Shown: positions 25,233 through 35,571 of the stretch, piece by piece
Layout: every line of letters begins with the position of its first letter
Numbering within the stretch: the stretch's first letter is position 1
Assembly (NCBI RefSeq): GCF_036321535.1
Contig: NC_087437.1
Coordinates: 57,042,001 to 57,106,000 of the forward strand
Direction: 5' to 3'
DNA: 64,000 nucleotides
DNA from: Camelus dromedarius
Lineage: Eukaryota
Notes under the pieces: model-generated
The model's database searches: none
Told to the model about the DNA's origin: nothing
What the model saw: the letters and a program-made list of their open reading frames with translations, nothing else
Program-made: the position numbers and the translations under genes

Positions 25233-26484
25233 GCCTAAACGACAGCAAAAGTGACATTAAATCCTCTGGCAATTCAATTGGCAGAAATATTTATGAGTGA
25301 TTAAAACAATTTAAACATAAAAGCTTATGGCTGAGGAAAGCTGTGTGGAGGTGAAATTTTTCAATGTCACTATAACCATGATACAGAGGTAGTGGGGCTT
25401 TATTTTAAAACCATTTGAAAAGACACAAAATAACTCAGTATGAAACATTTCTATACCAATAATCTTATCATTTTAGTCCATATATTTCTGGAATCATCAA
25501 TAAAAGGACTCCAGAAATGTCTTTTTATCTTTTTGTAGGAAGCAGGAACAAAGGATGTAGTCATTGGAATTGTCCGGAATCAGAGTCAACAGAGATAAAT
25601 ATAGATACCAGGAAGACATAAAATAAATATATCTGACCTCTTTTTCTTGGCCTTTAGCTATAGGAACTAAGCTATTATCCCCTCCAACTCATTTATCCCT
25701 CCATTCTAAAGTCATCTAATAAGAAATGGAAAGAAGCTTTATCATTAGCTTTGACAAGGAACTGTCATTACTGGGAAATAATAATTAAATAGTGTCCACA
25801 TCACTGTCTTACTCTTCTGAAGTTTTCAACTTTGACAAAATGATGTAGAATATCCCAATATATTTATGAAAGTACTTTAGAACAACTGATCAGAAATATC
25901 TTTGCAAATAGCCAGTCAACTTTGACATAGTTTCTAATGAATTCTAAGATAATAATTAGTGCCATCTGTTACAGCTGGTTCTGTGGCTTTGCTTTTGTTT
26001 CTCAAAATCATAGAAGCTTCTAAAATTTTTGGAGGTGATAAAAATATTTTTCTACTTGCTCCCTCTTTTTTATATCATACTTTTCAAAGAGCAGAGTAGA
26101 ATACATTCTATCCAAGACCGTCACTAGTACAAATTTTCCCTGAGATAGTTTGAACTCAATATGTACTTTCTTATTTGTCAGACATAACTGACTTTATATT
26201 GAGGGTTCGTAGTTAATCTGCTTGTAATACAGGAGTTTCTGTAGCAATAACACAGTATTTTTGTTGTTTTTGTTTTGTTTTGTTTTTTTCCTATTATGAC
26301 GTCTTGTCCCAAATTTTTACCTATTCTGCCTGAGAATCATGCTATTGCTGTTTTCTGTCTCTTTTGGTCAAGACTCTCTTGTTTTCATTGGAAAAGAAGA
26401 AATGTTTACAAAATATCTAGGTAAGCCTTGAGAGCCTAAATAGTCCTACATTTATCTTAGATGATTTATCACCCACTGTTATTA

Positions 26485-26840
26485 AAGTTTCCCATAGTGT
26501 GTCATGCAAACAATGCCTGTGAAAAGTTCCTTAAAAAAAGATGTTTTCTTGAATAAAGTTTCTAAACTGTCCAGTATAGTATCTTCCTTAGAGATTCATC
26601 ATTCTGCAAAGACCATGGTTTGTCTATGCAGGGCACAGTTGATGAACAGAGAACTGTACACTTTTTAACTTCAAAAGGAAAGGCAGAAGACTGGCTTGAA
26701 CTGGTTAAGCGTTAAAAAGTTGTAATTACAAATTACAAAAGACAAAAATTACCTGCTGTACATATGGCTCTGAGAAAGGTAATACGAACTTTATAGAAAT
26801 GCGTTATGCATGGATCCTTTCCTAACATAACTTATCATCT
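26485..26840. mobile_element. Probable hAT-Charlie relic (MER103-like), interrupted
   Basis: 'tttcccatagtgtg...aataaagttt...cttagagattca' and, after a gap, 'ggctctgagaa' resemble the recalled consensus. Confidence 0.4.
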
Positions 26841-27427
26841 AATAGAGGATATAAAAAAGTCTGGGTAACTTGACATGAAGAGTATAAAATGGGCCACAAG
26901 AGAGGTACAGGTAGGATGCTCTAAATATTCTGTGCTAGGAGAGATTATTACCGCCTGGGCATGGGGCAGAATCAGAAATCTTCATGGAGCAATGGAATTA
27001 AGTGAGCTGTAAAGGATATACTTGAACATGGAAGGATAGCATATAAGGTTGAGATGGACACACAGGTGGGAGGCTAGAAGGTGTGGATCATGCTTGGAGA
27101 ACACAGCAGTCTGTATTTGGGTAGAGGGTAGTGTGGGAATAGATGGTGGAAGGTTTGTGAGAAAGTTGAGTAAATCAGTTTAGATTATGAAGGTTCCTGA
27201 ATTTCAAGTTCAGGAGTTAGTTTAGTAGAAAACTATTTGATGATAATAAGGTATAATTAATCCACTTTGTGCTGTATGGCAATTAGGCATACATGACAAG
27301 CAGTTTACCTCAATGACCCTAGTCAGTAGTACATTTTCACATGGAACTTGAGAAGAGGTCAAACAAGAATTAGGAGAACAGGGCAAAGCTAACACTGCCC
27401 TCAGGTCTTTAGAAAAGCAATCCAGAG

Positions 27428-27650
27428 CAGAGCCGCTCACACTTTAACACTTTAACGTGCATACTAATCACATGGGATCTTGTTAAAATACAAATTTTGT
27501 TTTGGTATGTCTGTGAAGCCTGAAATTCTTCAGTTCTAGCAAGCTTTCAGGCACTAGGGTTTGTTTGTTTATTTGGGTTTTTTTTTTTTTTTTTGCTTTT
27601 TTGCCTTTTTTTTTTTTGGTAACAAATAGACCACATACTGAATTATAAGG
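27428..27650. mobile_element. MER5A1-like hAT MITE with internal polyT expansion
   Basis: 'actttaacgtgcatactaatcacatgggatcttgttaaaatac...ttctagcaagct...gaccacatactgaattataagg'. Confidence 0.8.
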
Positions 27651-27659
27651 ATTTTAGAA

Positions 27660-27838
27660 CAATAAGCCCCAAATGCAATAACGCAACAAAATCACCTATG
27701 GTGCTTTAAAAACTACCAGTGCCTGGATCCTACTCACAGAGCTTCTGACTTAATTGGATCTTGGCTAGGGCCTTGGCAAGAGGATTTTTAAAAGTCTCCC
27801 AGGGCATCCTAATTGGTGGCCAATATTAAGGAACACTA
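27660..27838. mobile_element. MER5B-like hAT MITE
   Basis: 'aaatcacctatggtgctttaaaaactaccagtgcctgg...ttctgacttaattgg...tttaaaagtctcccagg'. Confidence 0.75.
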
Positions 27839-27858
27839 CTCTAGGTTATGTCTTAAGT

Positions 27859-28035
27859 TAGTGTTTCTCAACCCTTGCTGACATTAGAATCACTCAGGGA
27901 GGTTTTAAACAATCCCAGTGCTCAGGCAGCAGGCCAGACCAATTAAATTTGACTCTCTGGATGAGGAGTCTGGACATGAGGATTTTTCAAAAGCTCCCCA
28001 AGTGATTCTAATGTGCAGCAAAGTTAGAATGACTG
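27859..28035. mobile_element. MER5B-like hAT MITE
   Basis: 'agtgtttctcaacccttgctgacattagaatcac...agaccaattaaat...aagctccccaagtgattctaatgtgcagc'. Confidence 0.85.
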
Positions 28036-28280
28036 ACCTGGAGGGATTTAGGAATTTCTCTCTTCTGTCCCTGGCAGGGCACCTGGACCTCTACAGCTGT
28101 TTATAGAACAAGGTGAACATGATGTTCCATTGTTAGATCTACCAAACGAACAGCCTGCGTGTGGCTCTTTAATGCAAATAAGACTAGTTGTCTAGGGCTT
28201 TTGGTTGGGGGATAAAGAAACAAAACTGAACATTTTTTGAAATGAGAATTGTTGCGGGATAAATAGAATAATGAAGGGTT

Positions 28281-28335
28281 GAGCCTGTTATTAAGAGCCT
28301 GTTGTTAAGAGAGCCTGTTGAGCCTGTTGTTAAGA
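28281..28335. repeat. Short minisatellite, 4 variant copies of GAGCCTGTT(GTTAAGA)
   Basis: Units start at 28281, 28295, 28311 and 28320. Confidence 0.9.
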
Positions 28336-28834
28336 GACAGTGGGCTTAGTTCAGTGGTCTCTTACAGGTCTGCATATTAAACATTTAACCTTGAAATATC
28401 CTAGATTCTCAGAGCTAAGGGAAATAAAGGTATGTACTTGGACTATCCATACAATATGATACGTACTGAGTTGTCATTGCAACTAGGTTAGTCAGATACA
28501 GAAAAGTCAGTCATGATATTGAATCTACAGAGAAACAAAATAAAACATGAGAGTTTTCTTAATATCTTTTTAAAATCCAATAGTTTTCCTTAGTCCTAAT
28601 ATAAGATTCAAGTAATATTTGGAATTGGAGACACACACGGTACAGCCCCACACATGCTTAGATGACTGGAATCACTGAGATGCCCAGATAGAGTGATATG
28701 AGAAAAGACTTGAATGCTAGACTTCTCATCTACAACCATCTTATAACTGGAATCAAATTATATAATTTATATAAAAATGCCTAGCATTGTGCTTGTCACT
28801 TGTTATGCAACTGATTTTAGCATTCTTCCCCTAT

Positions 28835-29080
28835 GGTAATAATTGAAGCGTTTTTGGAGCTTTTATTGTGTGCCAGGTAATACTTGTCCTTAACAGGTAT
28901 TGGTTTATGTGATATTCATGAAAACTTTATGTGGAAGTTAGAATCATTCCCACTTACCTCATGAGGAAATTAACGTGCAGAATTTAAGTATTTAATTGGT
29001 CACATAGCTGACATAGGTAACAAAGCTGGACTCCACCCCAGGCAGTTGGTCTTCTGAAAACCATGTGGTTTTCACTAAAG
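28835..29080 (-). mobile_element. MIR SINE
   Basis: 'gagcttttattgtgtgccagg...catgaggaaatt...ggtcacatagctg...gctggactccacccaggcagttgg'. Confidence 0.75.
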
Positions 29081-29789
29081 AAACTATCCCTCTTACCTGA
29101 TTCAAAACTCTTTTATAATTTGATTTTCAGTTAGAAAACAGGAGATGATAGTTGTGCTGGAAATTGGCTATACAAAGGAAAATATGATATCCTATTAAAT
29201 AGACCACATTGTCTACCACAACCCCTTTGTTACCAGTTTAAAAAAAAAAATTAAACTCCTTTGATAGCCCTCTGCTGCCTCAAAACACACAGGTAGGCCA
29301 GGGAATCATTGGCTCTTAAAATTATTGCTCATACGTATGTATTCATATATTTCACTGCTAGCCCTTCCCTGGTCCTGAACCCACAGTTTACTAATAAGTA
29401 AAGTGAGGTCCAGAGAAAGAAGTTCATTAAACCACAAATTAATCTGAGCTCAGGGAGCTTCTGTTAGCTAAAAGTATTATAGCTGCTCCAAGGATCAAGA
29501 GTCAAGAGTCATTTGCTTTGAGGTCAAGTCCTTGTTCGGTATTCTAACAAATTGTGTCTGAAATCCCAGCCTTTTTGCTGTTTGGTCCTCTGAGAACTTC
29601 AGACTTTAGTAACCCTAAAGATCTTGGGGCTCCTATTTTGATACAGCATCTTTTCAATTCCTCATTCATGCGACTTTTTCTATAGTCCTTGTATCTGGGA
29701 AACAACGTATCCTCAGCATCTCTCTTCGTTAGCATTTGGCATCACTTGTCTGTTCCTGGCTTTTATTGTCTGTATTTTGCAAACTTTTA

Positions 29790-30050
29790 AAACTATTTAC
29801 TGAGTTATCACTTGGCCAGGTTTAGTGCTTGTTACTGGTGATGAGTGAAAGAAGCTAGTGTAGCCCATATACCCTACAGCTAACAGTCTAATAGGATACA
29901 TACACAATTCAACAGGAGGTTGTATCCTGACAGGTGAATCTGTGATGAGGGCTGTAGAGCCAGCTGAAGTGGGGTCAGAAAAATCTTCATAGAGAAGTAA
30001 ATCTCTGAGCTTGACGTAAAGAAGGAGTAGCAATTACCCAAGCTCTCTAA
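29790..30050 (-). mobile_element. L2 fragment, followed by a plus-strand L2 tail at ~30055-30150
   Basis: 'tatttactgagttatcacttggccagg...gtgatgagtg' and 'catagtgcctgtcatataattagaattcaataaatatttttgaatgaa'. Confidence 0.6.
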
Positions 30051-30163
30051 AGGCAGGGAGAAACGTGTCTAATTGATCTAAGTGTCCTTAACATAGTGCC
30101 TGTCATATAATTAGAATTCAATAAATATTTTTGAATGAAAAGATGAATGCAAAGTGAAGAGGC

Positions 30164-30467
30164 TGACGGAAACTCTCTCCTTGATCGAACTTTAGTCAGG
30201 ATCCTCTGAGCCCTCTCCTTTTGATCTTGAACCCTGCACTTGGTCTCCTAAGCTCAGTTTTAGCAAAGAATCTGCTATAAGTCAGTGTATCAGAAATACC
30301 CCATCCTTGGTATCTCATCACTTTGGCCTACCTTTGTCAATAATCCTTTTGCCCTTGATATCTAATGAAATTATTCTTAGTAATTTTTTATCCATGACCC
30401 CTTCATTCTGCTCATTGGCTGTAAATCCTCAACTATCTGCTATATTTGGAGTCTGAGTCCCTCCTGA
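30164..30467 (+). mobile_element. ERV1 LTR, MER31-like, 3'-truncated
   Basis: 'actctctccttgatcgaactttagtcaggatcctctgagccctct...cttagtaatttt...ctgctcattggctgtaaatcc' is close to the recalled MER31 consensus. Confidence 0.8.
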
Positions 30468-31892
30468 AATTATGTGCAAAATTATGTATATTTTAGTATT
30501 ATGTGCATTTCTTTTACTTGGGAAGATGAATTTATGCTGTTCATTACATTCTCCAAATATCTGTAACCTTAAAAATACTATAAACCACACCATACTTATT
30601 TTCACATGGAATATGTCTCTTTTCATGGTTTCAAGTTCATAGTTCCCAAATGTATTTATCACATTAAAATTCTCTTCTATATTCTATTTTTGTATCTGCC
30701 ACATTAAGATTCAAACCCAACACCCCTAACCCTTTCATTTGCCCTGTCCCAACACCTATCCCAATTTGGCTCCTCTTTATTCTTTTCCCTTGGAATAAAC
30801 TTTTGATGGTGTTCTCTACTTTACCCTTTGCAGCACTTCTGCAATTAAATGCCAGAAGTGTTTCTTTGAAAATGCTATGCTTCATCAATTTTTTTCTAGT
30901 CTCATTTTGGACTATCTTTACTTTGTACTGAAATTGCTGTAAGAGCCTCCTAACTGCTCCTAGCCTCCAGCTTTTGTTCAGAGTTAGTCCATCCTTTGTG
31001 ACACTGCTATATTTTATCTGTAATGGATTATTTCTATACTCCCAACTCCATATCATTTATTGGATGAAGCCCTTTACCCATTATGAATAGTCCTTTGATA
31101 CCTCCTTATTTTTCAGTGTATTTGTTACACTCTCTGATCAAAGGTAGAAACAATCGTCTTGACAGTTCCTCTTCTTCCCAACAAATTGCTCAGTCTGGGC
31201 TCCAAATAGTCTAAGCTTATTCTCCTTCGATTTCCTGAGAATGTCCTTCCACTCTCTTCCCTGCCTATCCAAATCCTAGCTATCTTTCATGCTTTAGTTC
31301 GAGTCCCACCTATTTCAAGTGAGAGTTCCCTAATGGTTATCTTTCACCTATAGTTCTCAGTTCTAACTTCTTACTGCATAGATCACTAGTTTCATACAGT
31401 TTAGCCCTTTGTAGTTATCTTGCACATGTGTGTGTGTGTGTGTGCATGCCTGTGTGTGCATATACAGGTAAACTACTTTTTCTTCCTACGCACATGGTTG
31501 GGACAGGATTTCTCACATACCTCTTACCATCAGACCATTTTAAAAAAGTAAAGTGTATTCAATAAATAATTGTGATAGGCAATCTTAACCGTACATGCGG
31601 GTAGAATTTTAAACCTAATTTATTAAATATTTTTCAAAGGTGCAGGACAATAAATATAGCTATGTACATTTTAATTTAGAGTAGCTGTGTACCATTTTTA
31701 ACAAGCTGTCAATTCTCTCATATGGAAAAGTTACACAAATCAAGGAAGTGTTTGATATTTTCAAACTATGGCTCTAATTCAGAAGTCAAAAACATCATCA
31801 TATGTGATCATCAAGTGCATTTTATTTTGGCTATCTAATACATTAAACTGATTTGAATTAAATGCCAACATTAAAAAAAAATTGGGAATTCT

Positions 31893-32104
31893 TGAACATG
31901 GATGTGCGGATATCCCTTCAAGATCCTGATTTCAGTTCTTTTGGCTATATATGCAGGAGTGGGATTGCTGGAACATACAGTAGTTCTATTTTTAATTTTT
32001 TGAGGAACCTCCATAGTGTTTTTCCATAGTAGCTGCTCCATTTTACATTCCTCCAGCAATTACAAGTGTTCCAATTTCTCTATGTCTTTGCCAACACTTG
32101 CTAT
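31893..32104 (-). mobile_element. Inverted 5' segment of an L1MA10/L1MB-type element (ORF2 C-terminal region)
   Basis: Reverse L1 'tgaacatggatgtgcggatatccc...gggattgctgg...ttgaggaacctccatag...ccaacacttgctat'. The ORF at 31871-32059(-) lies over it. Confidence 0.85.
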
Positions 32105-32697
32105 CCTATATTCATTGCGGCATTATTCACAACAGCTAAGGTCTATATATGGAAACAAAAGTCTTTCAACAGATGGATAGGTAAAATGAGGTATATACAT
32201 ACAGTGGAATATTGTTTAGCCTTAAAAGGGAAGGGAACCCAACATCTGCAGCAGTATGAATAGATATGGAAGAAATTATGCTAAGGGGGATGTCAGTCAC
32301 AGAAGGACATGCACTGCATGATTCCACCTATATGAGGTATCTAAAATAGTTAAACTCATGGAAGCAGAGAGTAGAATGGTGGTTGCCAATGGAAGAGAGG
32401 AAGAGAGAAATGGGGAGTTGTTCAAAGAGCATAAAGCTACAGTTATACAAGATGAAAGTTTAAGCTATTTGCTGTAGAATATAGTGGCTATAACTAACAA
32501 GACAGTGTGGTGCACTTAGAAACTTGTTAAGAGGGTAGCTCTTATGTTAAGTGTCCTTACCAGCGAAGAAGCAGCAGCAGCAGTAGGAAGGGACATAAAT
32601 CTTTTGGAGACGATGGATATGTTTATTACCCTGATTGTGGTGATGATATTACAGATGCATGCATATGTCCAAACTCATCAAAAATGTATACATTAAA
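32105..32697 (+). mobile_element. L1MA10/L1MB-type 3' end, sense segment
   Basis: 'ttcattgcggcattattcacaacagc...gattccacctatatgaggtatctaaaatagttaaactc...gatggatatgtttattaccctgattgtggtgatg...aaactcatcaaaaatgtatacattaaa'. Confidence 0.85.
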
Positions 32698-32851
32698 TAA
32701 ACTACAAGGATATATTGTACAACATAGGAAATATAGCCAATATTTTATGATAACTATACATGGAGTATAACCTTTAAAAATTGTGAATCACTATATTGTA
32801 CACCTATAATTTATATGATATTGTACAGCAATGATACTTCAGTAAAAAACA
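32698..32851 (+). mobile_element. ~150-bp 5'-truncated younger L1 3' tail with TSD
   Basis: 'actacaaggatatattgtacaacatagg...gaatcactatattgtacacc...tacttcagtaaaaaac'. TSD aaaatgtatacattaaa (32681-32697) / aaaagttatacattaaa (32852-32868). Confidence 0.8.
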
Positions 32852-33332
32852 AAAAGTTATACATTAAAAAGGTACGATTTTAAAAATTGAAGTATAGTTG
32901 ATTTACAATATTATATTAGTTTCAGATGTACAACATAGTGATTCAAAATATTTTTATAGATTATGCTCCATTTAAAATTATTACAAAATAATGGGTATAT
33001 TTCCCCGTACTATACAATATAGTCTTGTTTTTTATTTATGTTATACATAGTAATTTGTGTCTCTTAATCCCATACCCTCATCTCCCCCTCCCCCTTCTCT
33101 CTCCCCATCACTAGTTCGTTCTTTGTATCTGTGAGTCTATTTTTGTTTGGTTACATATATTTGTTTTATTTTTTAGAGTCTGTATATAAGTGATAACAGA
33201 GTATTTGTCTTTCTTTGTTGAACTTATTTCACTAAACACAATGTTCTCTATGTCCATCTGCATTGTTGTAAATGGCAGAATTTCATTCTTTGTTGTGACT
33301 GAGTAATATTCCACTACATGCATGCGTATGCA

Positions 33333-33336
<4 letters not shown>

Positions 33337-33372
<36 letters not shown>
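33337..33372. repeat. (CA)n microsatellite inside L1
   Basis: Seen directly. Confidence 0.95.
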
Positions 33373-33373
<1 letters not shown>

Positions 33374-33829
33374 CCCATATCTTTATCCATTCATCTGTTA
33401 ATGGGCACTTAGGTTGCTTCCATATCTTGGATCTCGTAAATAATGCTACTATGAACATTGGGGTGCTTGTATCTTTTCAAATTAATGTTTTTGTTTTCTT
33501 TGCTGTATACCCAGTAGTGGAGCTGCTGGATCATGTTGATAATTCTGTTTTTAGTTTTTTGGGGAACCTCCATACTGTTTTCGATAGTGGCTGCATCAGT
33601 TAAAAATCTCACCAACAGTATACTTGGGTTCTCTATTCTCCATATCTTCACCAACATTTGTTATCTGTAGACTTTTTGATAATAACAATTTTGACAGGTG
33701 TGAGGTGATATCTCATTATGGTTTTGATTTGCATTTCTCTGTTGATGAGTGATGTTGAGCATATTTTCATGTGCCTGTTTGCCATCTTATATCTTCTTTG
33801 AAAAAAAAGTCTACTTAGGTCTTCTGCCC

Positions 33830-35571
33830 TTTTTTTTTTAACATTTTTTTATTGAGTTATAGTCATTTTACAATGTTGTGTCAAATTCCAGTGCAGAGCA
33901 CAATTTTTCAGTTATACATGAACATACATATATTCATTGTCACATTTTTTTTCTCTGTGAGCTACCGCAAGATCTTGCATATATTTCCCTGTGCTACACA
34001 GTATAATCTTGTTTATCTATTCTGCATATGCCTGTCAGTATCTACAAATTTTGAAATCCCAGTCTGTCCCTTCTCACTCCCCACCCCCTTGGCAACCACG
34101 AGTTTGTGTTATGAGTCAGTTTCTGTTCTGTATTTATGTTCTCTTTTTTTTTTTGATTCCACATATAAGTGATCTCATATGGTATGTTTCTTTCTCTTTC
34201 TGGCTTACTTCACTTAGAATGACATTCTCCAGGGACATGTTGCTGCAAATGGCATTGTGTTGTCATTTTTTATGGCTGAATAGTATTCCACTGTATAAAT
34301 ATACTACATCTTCTTTATCCAGTCATCTGTTGATGACATTTAGGTTGTTTCCATGTCTTGGCTATTGTAAATAATGCTGCTATGAACATTGGGGTGCAGG
34401 TGTCATTTTGAAGTAGGGTTCCTTCTGGATATATGCCCAGGAGTGGGATTCCTGGGTCATATGGTAAGTCTATTCCTAGTCTTTTGAGGAATCTCCATAC
34501 TGTTTCTTACAGTGGCTGCATTCCCACCAGCAGTATAGGAGGGTTCCCTTTTCTCCACAGCCTCTCCAGCATTTGTCATTTGTGGACTTTTGAATGATGG
34601 CCATTCTGACTGGTGTGAGGTGATACCTCATTGTAATTTTGATTTGCATTTCTCTGATAATTAGTGATATAGATCATTTTTTCATGTGCCTATTGATCAT
34701 TTGTATTTCTTCCTTAGAGAATTGCTTGTTTAGGTCTTCTGCCTATTTTTGGATTGGGTTGTTTTTTCTTTCTTATTATGTCGTATGTGCTAATTATATA
34801 TTCTGGAGATCAAGCCTTTGTCGGTTTCATCTTTTGGAAAAACTTTCTCCCATTCCATAGGTTGTCATTTTGTTTTACTTGTGGTTTCCTTTGCTGTGCA
34901 GAAGCTTGTAAGTTTAATTAGGTCCCATTTGTTTACTCTTGCTTTTATTTCCATTGCTTAGGTAGACTGCCCTAGGAGAACATTTTTGAGATGTATGTTA
35001 GATAATGTTTTGCCTATATTTTCTTCTAGGAGGTTTATTCTATCTTGTCATATGTTTAAGTCTTTGATCCATTTTGAGTTTATTTTTGTGCATGGTGCAA
35101 GGGAGTGTTCAAGGTTCATTGCTTTACATGCTGCTGTCCAGTTTTCCCAACACCGTTTGCTGAAGAGACTGTCTTTATTCCATTGTATATTCTTGCCTCC
35201 TTTGTCAAAGATTAGTTGACCAAAAGTTTGTGGGTTCATTTCTGGGCTCTCTATTCTGTTCCATTGGTCTATATGTCTGTTTTTGTACCAATACTTTGCT
35301 TTCTTGGTGACTGTAGCTGTATAGAATTGTCTGAAGTCTGGGAGAGTTATTCCTCCAGCCTCTTTCTTTTTCTTCAGTAATGCTTTGGGAATTCTAGGTC
35401 TTTTGTGGTTCCATAGAAATTTTATTATGATTTGTTCTAGTTCTGTGAAATATGTCCTGGGTAATTTGATAGGAATTGCATTAAATCTGTAGATTGCCTT
35501 GGGCAGTGTGACCATTTTAACAATATTGATTCTTCCAATCCAGGAGCATGGGATGTCTTTCCATTTTTTTA
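33830..35571 (-). mobile_element. Younger, camelid-type L1, 5'-truncated (~1.7 kb), nested in an older L1
   Basis: PolyT plus 'attgagttatagtcattttacaatgttgtgtcaaattcc' tail. Duplicated target tctgccc-tttttt (from 33823) / tctacccattttt (35572-35584). Confidence 0.92.
35048..35515 (-). pseudogene. LINE-1 ORF2p fragment (region downstream of the RT domain)
   Basis: [17 protein letters not shown]...AGGITLPDF...[17 protein letters not shown]...LIFDKG...KDSLF...WENW...[12 protein letters not shown] is unmistakable L1 ORF2. It is truncated and frameshifted around this segment. Confidence 0.95.

Noticed and set aside
30664..31056. 130-aa minus-strand ORF
   Set aside because: It overlaps degraded L2-like sequence and shows no recognisable domain or splice context.
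33852..35219. Several plus-strand ORFs of 73-127 aa
   Set aside because: All are antisense to L1 3' UTR/ORF2 sequence.
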